A stretch of 64,000 nucleotides of DNA from Promethearchaeati archaeon SRVP18_Atabeyarchaeia-1 (GTDB lineage Archaea > Asgardarchaeota > Atabeyarchaeia > Atabeyarchaeales > Atabeyarchaeaceae), in contig CP147779.1 in the NCBI GenBank assembly GCA_037308085.1, positions 1,600,001-1,664,000 on the forward strand, in the 5' to 3' direction. Every line of letters starts with the position of its first letter. The stretch's first letter is position 1. The notes under the pieces are model-generated. The model worked only from the letters and a program-made list of their open reading frames with translations, searched no databases and had not been told where the DNA came from. The position numbers and the translations under genes are program-made. Of the stretch, positions 40,831 to 50,585 are shown in pieces.

Positions 40831-42209
40831 GTCCCCCGGGCGAGCGCGGCCGTAGAGGATGCCCACACGTAACGCACGGGCACCCTGACCCTCGGCATCC
40901 TGCCTCTCCCTAGGGCAATGGATAATGGCTTCTCCAGCTTCTCACCGTACCCGTAGAACCTTCTCCCTATCACGTACGCGGCTGCCTCGTGGACCGATAG
41001 CCCAAGCCTCCACGAGTACTTCGCGGCGCCGAGCTTCGACGTGTACGCCGGGTTGACGGTAGAGACCGGGCACCCCTTCTTCCGGCACCTGCTCAGAAGG
41101 TTCTCCGTGAACTTCCTCCTCACAAAGGCGTACACGACCCTGTTCGCCCTCCTCCCGAAACTCTTGTGAGCTTTCAGGTCCAGGTCCTCTATCACGAATG
41201 AGTGGGTGTCCCACGCCTCGGCGAACTCCATGATCCTGCTCACGAGCGCCCCGACTAGCGAGTCTCTCTTCCCCTGGGAGGCGTATATCAGCCTGTCCTC
41301 CCTAAGGAACCTGTGGGCCACCAGGTTGCCATCCCTGGAGGTGATTGCGGTGGCGAATCCCCCGGGGTTCTGGTCCACTGAGCATACCCTCAGGATTGTT
41401 CCCTTTGGCTCCGGTGGCTGCTCAGCCTCGAAGCTCACATCTGCGAAACACCTTTCCCTACGCCTCGTGAAGCGAACCGGATATGCTCCGCCATCCTCGA
41501 GAGGCGCGAGGTACTCCATGAAGTTGCTGGGGACGCAGAGCTGGAACTCCTTGACGCTGTTCGCCACCCTGTACACTCTTCCGTCCTCGCCAGTCCTTGC
41601 CCTATCGATGCTCTCCGGGAAGCGCACCGCTACAGCTCTTCCCTCTTTCACGATTCTTATGTTGGCGTTGCCCTTCTGGTTCGCCTGGCCTATCGAGTAG
41701 ACCTGGTTGCTCCTCGCCTCCCTCCATTCACGGTTGCTTATCTTTTCCCTCACCAGTGCGGTGAAGTTACTTCTGCCGCCGAAGATCGCCTTCGGCACCG
41801 TTCCATCGTGGATATGTTTCTGGTAGAACTCTGCCCTCTTCTTGAGCTTCGCGAGAAGCTTGCCGAGCGCTGCCCTCCTGCCCGGCGACTTCGTCTTCTC
41901 TATTAGCTTCTCAACGCGCCATATTCTGTCCTGCACGCTGCCCAGATACAGTGGTAGCAGCTTCCTTTGGCTCTCGATGACTGCTTGGGCGTCTCTACCT
42001 GAGTGCTCGGCGTACCTCCAGTTCAAGCGGAGGGAGCTGTACTCGAGAAGCAGGTGCGTCACCTCGTTGACAGTGCGCCCCTCAAGTAGCCTGTTGTAGG
42101 CTATCCTCTTCGCGGAGCAGTACCTCGCCATGAGGTCGTCGAGCCCGCTTCTATCGGCGCTCGATAGCGCTGCGAGTTCAACTTCGAACGTGAACTGCAA
42201 CCTTCTCAT
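40788..42209 (-). CDS. tnpB: TnpB-family RNA-guided nuclease, zinc-finger-less variant, no adjacent tnpA
   Basis: RuvC-I SVDQNP, RuvC-II VIEDL, VNPAYTS, HEAAAYVIGRR in place of ZF-DxNAAxNI. Confidence 0.88.
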   Translation of the reverse strand: MRRLQFTFEVELAALSSADRSGLDDLMARYCSAKRIAYNRLLEGRTVNEVTHLLLEYSSLRLNWRYAEHSGRDAQAVIESQRKLLPLYLGSVQDRIWRVEKLIEKTKSPGRRAALGKLLAKLKKRAEFYQKHIHDGTVPKAIFGGRSNFTALVREKISNREWREARSNQVYSIGQANQKGNANIRIVKEGRAVAVRFPESIDRARTGEDGRVYRVANSVKEFQLCVPSNFMEYLAPLEDGGAYPVRFTRRRERCFADVSFEAEQPPEPKGTILRVCSVDQNPGGFATAITSRDGNLVAHRFLREDRLIYASQGKRDSLVGALVSRIMEFAEAWDTHSFVIEDLDLKAHKSFGRRANRVVYAFVRRKFTENLLSRCRKKGCPVSTVNPAYTSKLGAAKYSWRLGLSVHEAAAYVIGRRFYGYGEKLEKPLSIALGRGRMPRVRVPVRYVWASSTAALARGTPTGRHLEGKAVEG

Positions 42210-42309
42210 CCCTCAAGTCGCAAGTCGCTTGCCTGCTTCCTGCACTCGCATGATACGCCTATTCCTCATCCACACCTACTTACCAAGTCGCGCTATATTA
42301 AGCCCCAGA

Positions 42310-42483
42310 AAAGCCAATTGATGGGGTTGGCTATTCCTACTTGAAGTGCAGAGCATGCGGCTTCGAGGCGAACCGAGACTGCGTCGCAAGCCTCAACATT
42401 GCCTTCAGGGCGGCCCAAACGAAAGACACGCCAAGAGCCTGCAAGATGTGCCAGTTTCCCGAGGGGGAGCGTCTCCTTCAGGA
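42310..42483 (+). pseudogene. tnpB: tnpB C-terminal relic 1, truncated at an att-like site
   Basis: GYSYLKCRACGFEANRDCVASLNIAFRA...QFPEG; homologous to 44458-44640 and stops at the same nucleotide position. Confidence 0.85.
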
Positions 42484-42504
42484 TGTGCTAACAATTACTA
42501 AATT

Positions 42505-42649
42505 AGTAGACAAAGATTGATGAAGACAGAAGGGCATAATGGGAATCGAAGTTCTTCCGCCGGCTATTGATATGGATCGTTTGATCCGCCTATTGAAGAA
42601 GAAGAGTAAGACGAGATCATTGAAGGAAGCTCGAAAGATTGAGGCTTAA
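42505..42649 (+). pseudogene. DUF2283-like antitoxin fragment
   Basis: DED.../MGIEVL motif, frameshifted. Confidence 0.35.
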
Positions 42650-43043
42650 ATAAAGGAGCCTGAATTCTCATAAGATGGAAGATAAGGCGACCCCAGCCGG
42701 GACCGCAGGTGCGCATTCAAGCCTGAAGCCCAATAGGTTTCAACTAGGGTTGCCTGTGGCCGAGCGTGCTTCTTGAATGGTGCTGTGCCGACGGATTGCA
42801 CGATATACAGGAGACCAAGGAAAGCCGAAGGTTAGGTTGGGCGTTTGTCTGAGTGGTCTGCGACATCGATTGTGGGATCATTAACTCTCAGGTGATGAGT
42901 ACACTTCATGCTTGGGATCAGAATTATGCAACCTTCAATATGACTACGTGATTGCAGAGACAGTGTGTATTAATATAGGATTGTCAAGTCATACCATATT
43001 GATCAATGCAGTTGGAGCAACTCCTGGAGGCTGGAAACGGGAA

Positions 43044-43526
43044 ATGGTGTTCAGGATTTTTCTGAGTCACAGCACGCGCGATCAAGGAATAGTAGTGACC
43101 TTGGCAAATTTGATGACGAAGCTTGGGATAGAGGTGTTGGTGGCGGAGTGGTACTTGACTCCAGGGAGCAGTCTTGACGAGAAGGTTTTCCAACAGATTG
43201 ATGAGTCTGATTCAGTGGTTGTTCTATTGACGCAAAATGGAGTAAGATCGAACTGGGTCAATCAGGAACTTGGGTATGCGTTGAAGGCTGGGAAGCCAGT
43301 TATTCCCCTTGTGGAGAAGGGAATCGCTGAGAGGCAATTGGGATCGTTACAGGGAAAAGAGTACATAGAATATGATCCGGATCAGCCTCAACAGTCATTG
43401 ACTAAGGCATCGGCCTTCATGAACTCCCTGAAACTAGATAAGGAGAATAGGGAGAAAGGCTTGCTCGTCATTGGAGGCATTGTTCTCCTACTTTTATTGC
43501 TTTCAGGAACAGGAGGTGCCAGATAA
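43044..43526 (+). CDS. TIR domain protein with C-terminal TM helix
   Basis: IFLSHS, SNWVNQELGYA (catalytic Glu), hydrophobic tail. Confidence 0.9.
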   Translation: MVFRIFLSHSTRDQGIVVTLANLMTKLGIEVLVAEWYLTPGSSLDEKVFQQIDESDSVVVLLTQNGVRSNWVNQELGYALKAGKPVIPLVEKGIAERQLGSLQGKEYIEYDPDQPQQSLTKASAFMNSLKLDKENREKGLLVIGGIVLLLLLLSGTGGAR

Positions 43527-43567
43527 TTAGTGCAATCACATATGACGCCTCACAAGACAGAGAGATT

Positions 43568-43885
43568 TTGACCTTGCACCCAGATCACTTCTACAAGTCC
43601 AGGCCCAAGGTGGAGAAGGGATCTTTCAAAATCTGGTGGGATGATGAAGGACAGATCTGTGCCGTAGTCATTACTGACTTTGTGAAGGAGCTAGAGAAAT
43701 TCACGAACACTATGCATTCGATAAAGTTGGGGGGCATATGGAAAGGCATAGAAATTACTGAGAAGGATATCGCGGAGGCGCGCAGAGACCTGCTGAGAAA
43801 ACTCGAAGAGAAGTGGCGGGCGGATGAGGATACCGAGCAAACAGATGAGAACTCAAAGAGAGACCTTGAAGAGGCGCATAGCTGA
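43568..43885 (+). CDS. Putative antitoxin of the downstream PIN toxin (frame is open back to ~43523)
   Basis: IKLGGIWKGIEITEKDIAEARR; coupled by TGATG overlap to the PIN gene. Confidence 0.7.
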   Translation: MTLHPDHFYKSRPKVEKGSFKIWWDDEGQICAVVITDFVKELEKFTNTMHSIKLGGIWKGIEITEKDIAEARRDLLRKLEEKWRADEDTEQTDENSKRDLEEAHS

Positions 43886-44277
43886 TGCCGTTCGTTGCCG
43901 ACACTCATGCACTAGTCTGGTACATGACGGACAACCCGTCCCTGTCCCTAACAGCTAAAAAGATCTTTCAGAGAGCTGACGGTGGAGAAGAGAAGATTCA
44001 CATTCCCTGCATAGTCTTTTTCGAACTGCTTTACCTTGTAGAGAAGGGAAAGGTTGGAATTGCTTTTGGTGACTTTGTCTCGATGTTTACTTTTTCGAGT
44101 AACTACGTAGTTGAGCCAGTATGGGTGCCAGTCATCAAGAAAAGTTCTGAAATCCCGGACGGAATAGTCCCTGATCCTTGGGATAGACTCATTGCTGCCA
44201 CATCGATGCATCTGAATCTCCCTTTGATAACGCGAGACAGGACTCTTCGGAGAATCGGATTAAGAACAATCTGGTAG
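43885..44277 (+). CDS. vapC: PIN domain toxin (VapC family)
   Basis: VADTHALVWY, FELLYL, DPWDRLIAAT, LITRD. Confidence 0.92.
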   Translation: MPFVADTHALVWYMTDNPSLSLTAKKIFQRADGGEEKIHIPCIVFFELLYLVEKGKVGIAFGDFVSMFTFSSNYVVEPVWVPVIKKSSEIPDGIVPDPWDRLIAATSMHLNLPLITRDRTLRRIGLRTIW

Positions 44278-44457
44278 ATCAACTATCAGTTTCCAAAACC
44301 ATATGGTTTTATAGAGAGTTACTCAGTTTTTTTGCTGAGACCGCTTGACATGGTTTTGTCCTCTCTTAGTAGATGTACTTGTTTGGCTTCTCTCCTTTCT
44401 TGACGCATTCTCGGCTTGATGTGTTCCACCCGATCTCGCCGCTCTGTAGCTTCTTGA

Positions 44458-44640
44458 ACCTGTCCACGGCGAAGGCGAACTGGGTCGGCTACTCCTACTT
44501 CAAGTTCCCTGCATGTGGCTTTGAGGCAAACCGTGACCGCGTGGCGAGCCTCAACATCGCCCTCAGGGCGGTCCAAGCACAAGACACACCAAGCGCCGAC
44601 AGGATGGGCCAGTTTCCTGGGGGGAGCGCCTCCGTCAGTA
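44458..44640 (+). pseudogene. tnpB: tnpB C-terminal relic 2 (5' half of the interrupted target)
   Basis: TCPR/AKANWVGYSYFKFPACGFEANRDRVASLNIALRA...GQFPGGSASVS. Confidence 0.88.
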
Positions 44641-44680
44641 AGGTAAACAATAAAGTTACTTCGCAAGTAGTCGCATTAGA

Positions 44681-44741
44681 GGTACACTCATCTAGCAGTT
44701 ATCAGTTATAGCGTGATAGCGAACTGCTAGACAAGTGTACC
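44681..44741 (-). repeat. 61-bp imperfect palindrome, copy A
   Basis: GGTACACT/AGTGTACC and TCTAGCAGTT/AACTGCTAGA stems. Confidence 0.9.
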
Positions 44742-44946
44742 CAATATGTCAATAAACCCGCCTTACCTTAAAAAACAATAAGGAATCGATCTCCTCACTT
44801 GCTCGATCTCTTGTGGGCTTTTATCTTCTGTCAATCTCTAAGACTAGCCGTCTCGACAAACCACGTAAGAGGTCTTGCTAGGACTCCTGACTTAAACGGG
44901 CGTGCGCGTCCGACCTCACACATTCTCCGCAGCGCATTAGGGAGCG

Positions 44947-46098
44947 CTATTTTTCAAATCTAGCGAGCAGTTCCTTTAATCCTACATTATAGCCTTGTCT
45001 GAAATCGGCGTACTCCTTGTCTGCAATGAGTGGGGGTATCTTGCATTTTTGAAGCAAAACAGGTAATACGACCACAGATTTCATCTGCAGTTCTTTCATC
45101 AATGCCGCATTAAGCTCTTTCCTAACCCAATTGGATCTGACGGATGCTTTTGAAAGAACAGTAATAAAGTAATCATTCTTTTCGATTCCTTCGTTTATCT
45201 TATCAAGTAGTGAGTCTCCTACTCTTATTTCCCATTTGTCAATCCAGATCTTTATGTTAGCGCGCTCTAAGTCTTCTACTAAACGATCAACGAATATTGA
45301 GTCCCGATGGGAATAGCATATGAACACGTGATCTGACCGCTTTAAATCATTCTTACTAGGCATACTCTTTGCCCCCAACAACCTGTCTGCTTCAGCGTTC
45401 CTCTCTCGCTCGGCACGCCGATCATCGAGAATGGCTTCTCTAAATCCTCTTGCTTTTTCTTCCAAGTCCTCTAGACCAACTACCCTAACTCTTTCATTTT
45501 TGCGAAAATAGGACATAAGGACGTCAAGGTATGGCTCTCCGTCGTCAAACACGATTTCGTCGGTCATTAGATGTGCTTTAACTTTGGACTCTCTCAATAG
45601 TATTTTCCAATGATTTCGCTTGAACATTCTAAATAGCTTCTCTACTTCATTTCTCCTATTTTGCTTTCTCTCCGACTCCTTTTTCATACGATAATTCCTG
45701 ACGTACGGTAAAATGAGATACACGAATATCGCTGGTAACACCCACCAAACTATCGCAATCGGTCCTAAGATGAAGAAAACAGAGATAGCTGACGATGATG
45801 GCAAAATGTAGCTAGGCAAGAAATATGGTAGATACAATATGAAAAGTGAGCCAACTGTTAAGACACCACCAACAATACCCCAATACAGCAGTAACTCATT
45901 ATCCCAGTCGTGGATGAGAGTAGGCACAAATAATATTGGCAAAAACACCCACCAAACTATTGTAATCGTTCCTAGAATGAAGAAAGCATCGATAGAGAAA
46001 AATGACGGTACAAACCATATGAAACATGAGACAAAAATCAAGCCAATGCCGATAGTAAGCCAATACTTGAGAAAATCACCCCAATCATACCAGCTCAA
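44947..46098 (-). CDS. Multi-TM protein with C-terminal TIR domain
   Basis: Duplicated TM unit (FFILG.I.IVWWV), VFICYSHRD, SNWVRKELNAA. Confidence 0.9.
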   Translation of the reverse strand: MSWYDWGDFLKYWLTIGIGLIFVSCFIWFVPSFFSIDAFFILGTITIVWWVFLPILFVPTLIHDWDNELLLYWGIVGGVLTVGSLFILYLPYFLPSYILPSSSAISVFFILGPIAIVWWVLPAIFVYLILPYVRNYRMKKESERKQNRRNEVEKLFRMFKRNHWKILLRESKVKAHLMTDEIVFDDGEPYLDVLMSYFRKNERVRVVGLEDLEEKARGFREAILDDRRAERERNAEADRLLGAKSMPSKNDLKRSDHVFICYSHRDSIFVDRLVEDLERANIKIWIDKWEIRVGDSLLDKINEGIEKNDYFITVLSKASVRSNWVRKELNAALMKELQMKSVVVLPVLLQKCKIPPLIADKEYADFRQGYNVGLKELLARFEK

Positions 46099-46323
46099 AC
46101 TATCAGCTCCTATTGCGTCTCAAAATGATCACGCAGCGCGCGCTAGTAGTGATCGTCCAGTGTGCTAAAATTGCTAAAGATCATGAATCAATCAAAGAAG
46201 TTAAAGAGTTAAAGCCAAACTTCTTTGACTATCTCTCATGAGTTCCCCCAAACTCTTCTTTGGCGAGCGCCCTTTATCTTTTCCGATGTCAGAACGAATC
46301 AGTGTCTCTTAGAGAAAGTACTA

Positions 46324-46917
46324 TCATCGTCTCCAGTAGATATCCCACTTTTTCCTCTGACTGGAATAATTATTTCGCATGCGCCCATTGTTGTGTCTCC
46401 TTACGTTAGCCCAAACGAAAGTAAGATAGTTTTTCATCCATTCTTCTCTTGCAACTCTTCTTTCGATGAAGTCTCCCGACAACTCATCGTCATACAATAC
46501 GAACATATATGCGTGGCGTAAATCTGTCTTGAGCGTTCTTAATTTCTCAAGGTCTTTATTGATGCTAGGAATTTGTAAGCCGTCTAATTGGCACTTCAAT
46601 TCGATGGCGTCTACAAGTTGTGTACCTTTATAAATCGTGATATCTGGCTTTACAAATGTATCTTCCTTGGTCGGTCCATGGCTCAATTCAATGAGCGGTT
46701 GTGACCTTAGAAACCATCGTTCGCTTCTTTCATTTTCGAAATACTTTCTTAGCCAATAATAAGCTGCAGCTTGCATATCAAACTCTGAATAAACGAAATT
46801 TGAATACCAATCCTCAACAAGCTTCTCAGGGAGATCATTCAATATCCATGAATCAGCCTTCGATTCTCCTGGTGATTCTCTTACCTTCCTCAACTCATTA
46901 GCACTCATTTCATTCAC
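46324..46917 (-). CDS. PD-(D/E)XK nuclease-like protein
   Basis: SEFDMQ, KPDITI, AIELK, DLEKL. Confidence 0.75.
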   Translation of the reverse strand: MNEMSANELRKVRESPGESKADSWILNDLPEKLVEDWYSNFVYSEFDMQAAAYYWLRKYFENERSERWFLRSQPLIELSHGPTKEDTFVKPDITIYKGTQLVDAIELKCQLDGLQIPSINKDLEKLRTLKTDLRHAYMFVLYDDELSGDFIERRVAREEWMKNYLTFVWANVRRHNNGRMRNNYSSQRKKWDIYWRR

Positions 46918-46961
46918 CTACTTCTCCTCACAGGCTTTCCGTGCCTCCCGCACCCAATACG

Positions 46962-47131
46962 ATAACCACGCTCTACCTTAAAAATAGTAAAGGAATTGAT
47001 CCCCTTACTTCCCGCTCGACCTCTATCAAGTGCTATGGCTTCTGATACCTATATCTGAAAAGGGGTGTCTCAACTTTGTGACCGAAATGTAGACGGCTCA
47101 TCTTTTCGATAGCATCCTTCATGTCTTCGTC
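46962..47131. repeat. 170-bp direct repeat, copy 1 (promoter-like spacer + 3' end of the 47033 gene)
   Basis: Near-identical to 50586-50755; diverged partial copy at ~44765-44810. Confidence 0.92.
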
Positions 47132-47884
47132 AATATCGGTGGAGAAGAATGCCTTATGATCGTAGCCCCAATGTGTTTTGGTTTCTGGTATGAGCACTTC
47201 TTGACTCCACAGATATTTTACGCTCGGATAATGAACCACGTTCAGCAGGAAAGCTCCTGCCAACGCATTGAGAGCATTGTCTACGTTTGCTTTCTCAATG
47301 GAAGAAGACCATTCGTGCTTTAGATCATTGTACGCCATCCACCAATCAGGAACAATATGCGCTCCGTACTTACTCCGATCGAACTTCTCGAATGGTCTGA
47401 GTGGTATCTCTCCATACCAACTTGACTTCGCCACCAACTCTGCTCCACTATTAGATGATAGTTCATAGATCGATTCAAAGGCATCTCTCGCAACGAAAAT
47501 ACTGTAATCCTTCTCTACCTTCTTACCGTTCTTGTCGGTCTCCCACCATGCCTTTTCAATGGCATCTCTGCTTTTGTCGAATTTCATGAAGTCAGGAAAG
47601 TCTCTCATCTGCTTAAAGACATCATCCATGTATCCGCATACCCTCAAAATCAAGTCGAGTAGCTTAGGTGAGAAACCACATCTGTTTCTATCTGCATAGG
47701 GGACATACTCAAAGAACCTGATCAGATCAGTCTCGTAGTATCCATATAATGTCCAACAGAGACCTTTCTCAAAGGCAGTTCCACTTTGGTTTCTCGGCAG
47801 GATCATTCCCCTCTCCGCTTGTCGATCACAACTATCATGACTCTGCCCATACGAAGAAGACGAGAGCGTACTTGAATCCATCAT
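47033..47884 (-). CDS. Hypothetical protein, possibly HEPN-like
   Basis: FSPKLLDLILRVC, WWMAYNDLKH, ANVDNALNAL. Confidence 0.7.
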   Translation of the reverse strand: MMDSSTLSSSSYGQSHDSCDRQAERGMILPRNQSGTAFEKGLCWTLYGYYETDLIRFFEYVPYADRNRCGFSPKLLDLILRVCGYMDDVFKQMRDFPDFMKFDKSRDAIEKAWWETDKNGKKVEKDYSIFVARDAFESIYELSSNSGAELVAKSSWYGEIPLRPFEKFDRSKYGAHIVPDWWMAYNDLKHEWSSSIEKANVDNALNALAGAFLLNVVHYPSVKYLWSQEVLIPETKTHWGYDHKAFFSTDIDEDMKDAIEKMSRLHFGHKVETPLFRYRYQKP

Positions 47885-48348
47885 TTCTTTTGGGTGTATA
47901 CTATCTTTTGTATTGTGTTACAACTCTCCTCAAGATTCTTCTCGTCATCGCGGATAATATCTTCATAAAACTGAATGTCTCTTCTTACTTTCTTAAGTGT
48001 ATTCTCGTCATTTTGTCTGTGTAAGCAATATTCCTTACCCCTGTTCTTACAGCCACCAGATGTATACGCGTACCGAGTACACTCCCCCTTTTTTGAGCAA
48101 TCAGCTAGCAACGATACGAAAAATCTCTCAGAATCCTTCCGCTCGTCCCTGAGAATCCTGTTCTTGATCAGCCTATCGTGTATGCCATTTATCCTTTCGA
48201 GCATGATATTCAAGTTCTTTCTGGTAGCTCTATCCTTAATCACAGTAAGAAGTGTATTCAAAAGCTTAACTGTATCACCCGCTATTTCAGACATTTCCCT
48301 CTGCCTCCCTCGCTCCCTATTCCTCAAGGAATCGGCACGTAATCCCAA
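47881..48348 (-). CDS. Hypothetical protein with Cys cluster and coiled coil
   Basis: CSKKGEC...GC...YC; overlaps both neighbours. Confidence 0.6.
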   Translation of the reverse strand: MGLRADSLRNRERGRQREMSEIAGDTVKLLNTLLTVIKDRATRKNLNIMLERINGIHDRLIKNRILRDERKDSERFFVSLLADCSKKGECTRYAYTSGGCKNRGKEYCLHRQNDENTLKKVRRDIQFYEDIIRDDEKNLEESCNTIQKIVYTQKK

Positions 48349-50462
48349 TAACCGATCTGATCCAGACGCTTAGATACCTCGTCTTTCATCCCTTTCCTAC
48401 ACTTTGCGGTATCTACCTTCGATTGTCTGATTAACTCAACGACTTCGCCTATAGTATGACCGTCATAGACAAGGCAGTCCTTACATAAATTGAACAGGTA
48501 CTCAACGCCCTTGGTGAGACTTTCGCCACCGAACCTGAAAACCTTGTTAGTGCCAAAGAAGCCGATCTTCTCCTTGGCGTAGTTGGCGAATAAGGCGTGG
48601 AGAGCCGAATAGGCTAAGATCTCCAGCGTTTCCCGTCTTGAAGTGTCTGGGAGATGAACATAGGCATTGTCGAAATAAATAGGGTGCAGTATATCAGTCA
48701 TAGATGTCCAAAACGCACGAGCGCCAACAGACACGCTCCAGAGCCCATAAAACAATTCATCTGGCACGTTTGGGATTCCCACTACCTTCTTTACATTTTC
48801 GGGTACGACTTCAGAGCCTCCTTTTGCTACATCCAAATGAAATACCTTCGGTGCTGGCGCGTTAAATGTGTCGCAATGCTGAACAGCAATCTCTCCTCTT
48901 ATCACTTCCCTGTTGTCGTATGCCCATCCGTCCTTCAATAGAGGCATCTTCTTGAAGACGGTTTTTTTCGTACCGCCACTCTTGTCTACGAATTCAAAAC
49001 TCAGATCAAGATGTTTGGAATTTGTGTTCGGCGCGTACTCCCAGATTGTAAAAGCAATAGGTTTGATCTTGCTAATGTCGTGGAAGTAGTTGCCCGCAAA
49101 AATGTAACCCTTTAGGAACCTGAAGTCCTTCAGCAACGCGGTCAAGAGTTTCATATAGCGTTCTCTGCCACAGAACAAACCGAATGGTGAGAAGAAAGCC
49201 AAACAACAGGTCTCATGAGCCTTGGCGATCTCGATGAGCCTTCCGACGATGGGCAAGAACAGGTCGCCTTTCCCGTACTTCTCCAATACGCGAGGATACT
49301 CCTGCCCAACCACTGTCGATGACTGCTTTCTTGATAACTTCCCGTTCATTTCCCCCTTCTTTGACACCAACACGTTAGTTGACGTTGTCCCAAATGGTGG
49401 ATTTGTGTAGAGCAGTAACTTCTTGTCAGCAGGTACATCCCAAGCCTTAATCAGAACATCGGTTAAAGTATTGACCACATCAAGTGTGGTGAACTTCCAC
49501 TCATACCCGCTAAATATCTTCTTGCAGTTTTCTATGTGGCTACTGCTAATATCATTCATGGCTCCCTTGATTTGTGGAACGATGTTCTTTATCAATGATC
49601 CTCCGCCAACACATGGTTCAACAACATAATCTGGTTTAGTCAATCCCAGTATTTCATCAGCTACCTTGTCGCCGATCTCCTCCTCAGTCCAGAAAACCCC
49701 ATATTCACGCCTCTTCTTTCGAGATAGAAGACGATCCAACTCGTGGAGAATTTCTGCAAGGTCTTCGTGCTTAACACGCAGAGACTCAAACCAAGAAGCG
49801 TCAATCGGCTTTATCGCTAGGTGCTTGGGTTTGTGAGTCCCTCCGTACTCTGTCGGTAGTTCGCTTAGCTTTCTCTCGTCACTGCGTTCGTTAGTGAATC
49901 TCTCTGGCTTGTCCATGTTCACAAGCCAACCGTCTTTGTTAACTTTGATAATGTCATCCTCGCCTACTCCGTCAAGCCAGTTGACCAAATGATCAAGTTC
50001 TATTCTATACTTGTCAGTCATCAACTTGATTGAGTTTATGTTGTCCTTATTTATGAAGAGAAATTTTGATGTCGGCAATTCCAGTTCTATGATCTTGTCA
50101 GGCTCGCCTAAGATCTTCTCGGCTTGCTCGTTTAGTCCTGGTTTGTCCGCTTCGTTTGATTCGAATGCCAGCCTTGGATCAAAACTCATGACAAAAGTCG
50201 ATATTCTCTCAAAAGAAGGTCGTGAATACAACTTGACAACTCTATTATCTGCGACGCCAAGATATTTCGCGTCCTTGATTCCTTCCTTCGCTATTGCGTG
50301 AAGTAACTGGGCGGGCGCAAAATGGTCAGGCTTGACCTCTATATAGACTCTGTTCTTCTCATCTGCGATATCGCAAAAGCTGTCTATGAACTTGAACTTG
50401 AAGCCGAGTGTAGTTTTGTTCAAGTAGTCTTTTATCTTCAAGGACAACGCTTTTTCACTCAT
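48324..50462 (-). CDS. Fused endonuclease/N6-adenine methyltransferase (type IIG-like)
   Basis: N-terminal CDIAD..VYIEVK; VVEPCVGGG (motif I), YTNPPF (motif IV). Confidence 0.8.
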   Translation of the reverse strand: MSEKALSLKIKDYLNKTTLGFKFKFIDSFCDIADEKNRVYIEVKPDHFAPAQLLHAIAKEGIKDAKYLGVADNRVVKLYSRPSFERISTFVMSFDPRLAFESNEADKPGLNEQAEKILGEPDKIIELELPTSKFLFINKDNINSIKLMTDKYRIELDHLVNWLDGVGEDDIIKVNKDGWLVNMDKPERFTNERSDERKLSELPTEYGGTHKPKHLAIKPIDASWFESLRVKHEDLAEILHELDRLLSRKKRREYGVFWTEEEIGDKVADEILGLTKPDYVVEPCVGGGSLIKNIVPQIKGAMNDISSSHIENCKKIFSGYEWKFTTLDVVNTLTDVLIKAWDVPADKKLLLYTNPPFGTTSTNVLVSKKGEMNGKLSRKQSSTVVGQEYPRVLEKYGKGDLFLPIVGRLIEIAKAHETCCLAFFSPFGLFCGRERYMKLLTALLKDFRFLKGYIFAGNYFHDISKIKPIAFTIWEYAPNTNSKHLDLSFEFVDKSGGTKKTVFKKMPLLKDGWAYDNREVIRGEIAVQHCDTFNAPAPKVFHLDVAKGGSEVVPENVKKVVGIPNVPDELFYGLWSVSVGARAFWTSMTDILHPIYFDNAYVHLPDTSRRETLEILAYSALHALFANYAKEKIGFFGTNKVFRFGGESLTKGVEYLFNLCKDCLVYDGHTIGEVVELIRQSKVDTAKCRKGMKDEVSKRLDQIGYWDYVPIP

Positions 50463-50515
50463 AGTCTTCTCCCCTCCCCACAACCTTGAAGGAATTTACA
50501 GGCACACACAACAAA

Positions 50516-50576
50516 GGTACACCCATCTAGCAGGTATCAGTTAAAGCGTGATAGCGACCTACTAGACAATTATACC
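50516..50576 (-). repeat. 61-bp imperfect palindrome, copy B
   Basis: Collinear with 44681-44741, with a compensatory stem change. Confidence 0.9.
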
Positions 50577-50585
50577 CATATGACC

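Noticed and set aside
42685-42760. Another IS200/IS605 end (GAAGCCC...GGGT)
   Set aside because: The hairpin is degenerate and there is no matching cleavage tetranucleotide, so it cannot be delimited.
44373-44711. Track ORFs 44373-44711 and 4419-4628 as real genes
   Set aside because: They are tnpB tail remnants read through junctions, not complete proteins.
44681-44741. Canonical integron attC site
   Set aside because: Size and hairpin fit, but the ends are GGTACAC/GTGTACC rather than RYYYAAC/GTTRRRY, there are only two full copies, and the integrase does not look like IntI. Kept only as an analogy.
44681-44741. Bridge-RNA-like guide for the integrase
   Set aside because: Only a 5-nt match (TCAGT) to the att core, which is indistinguishable from chance.
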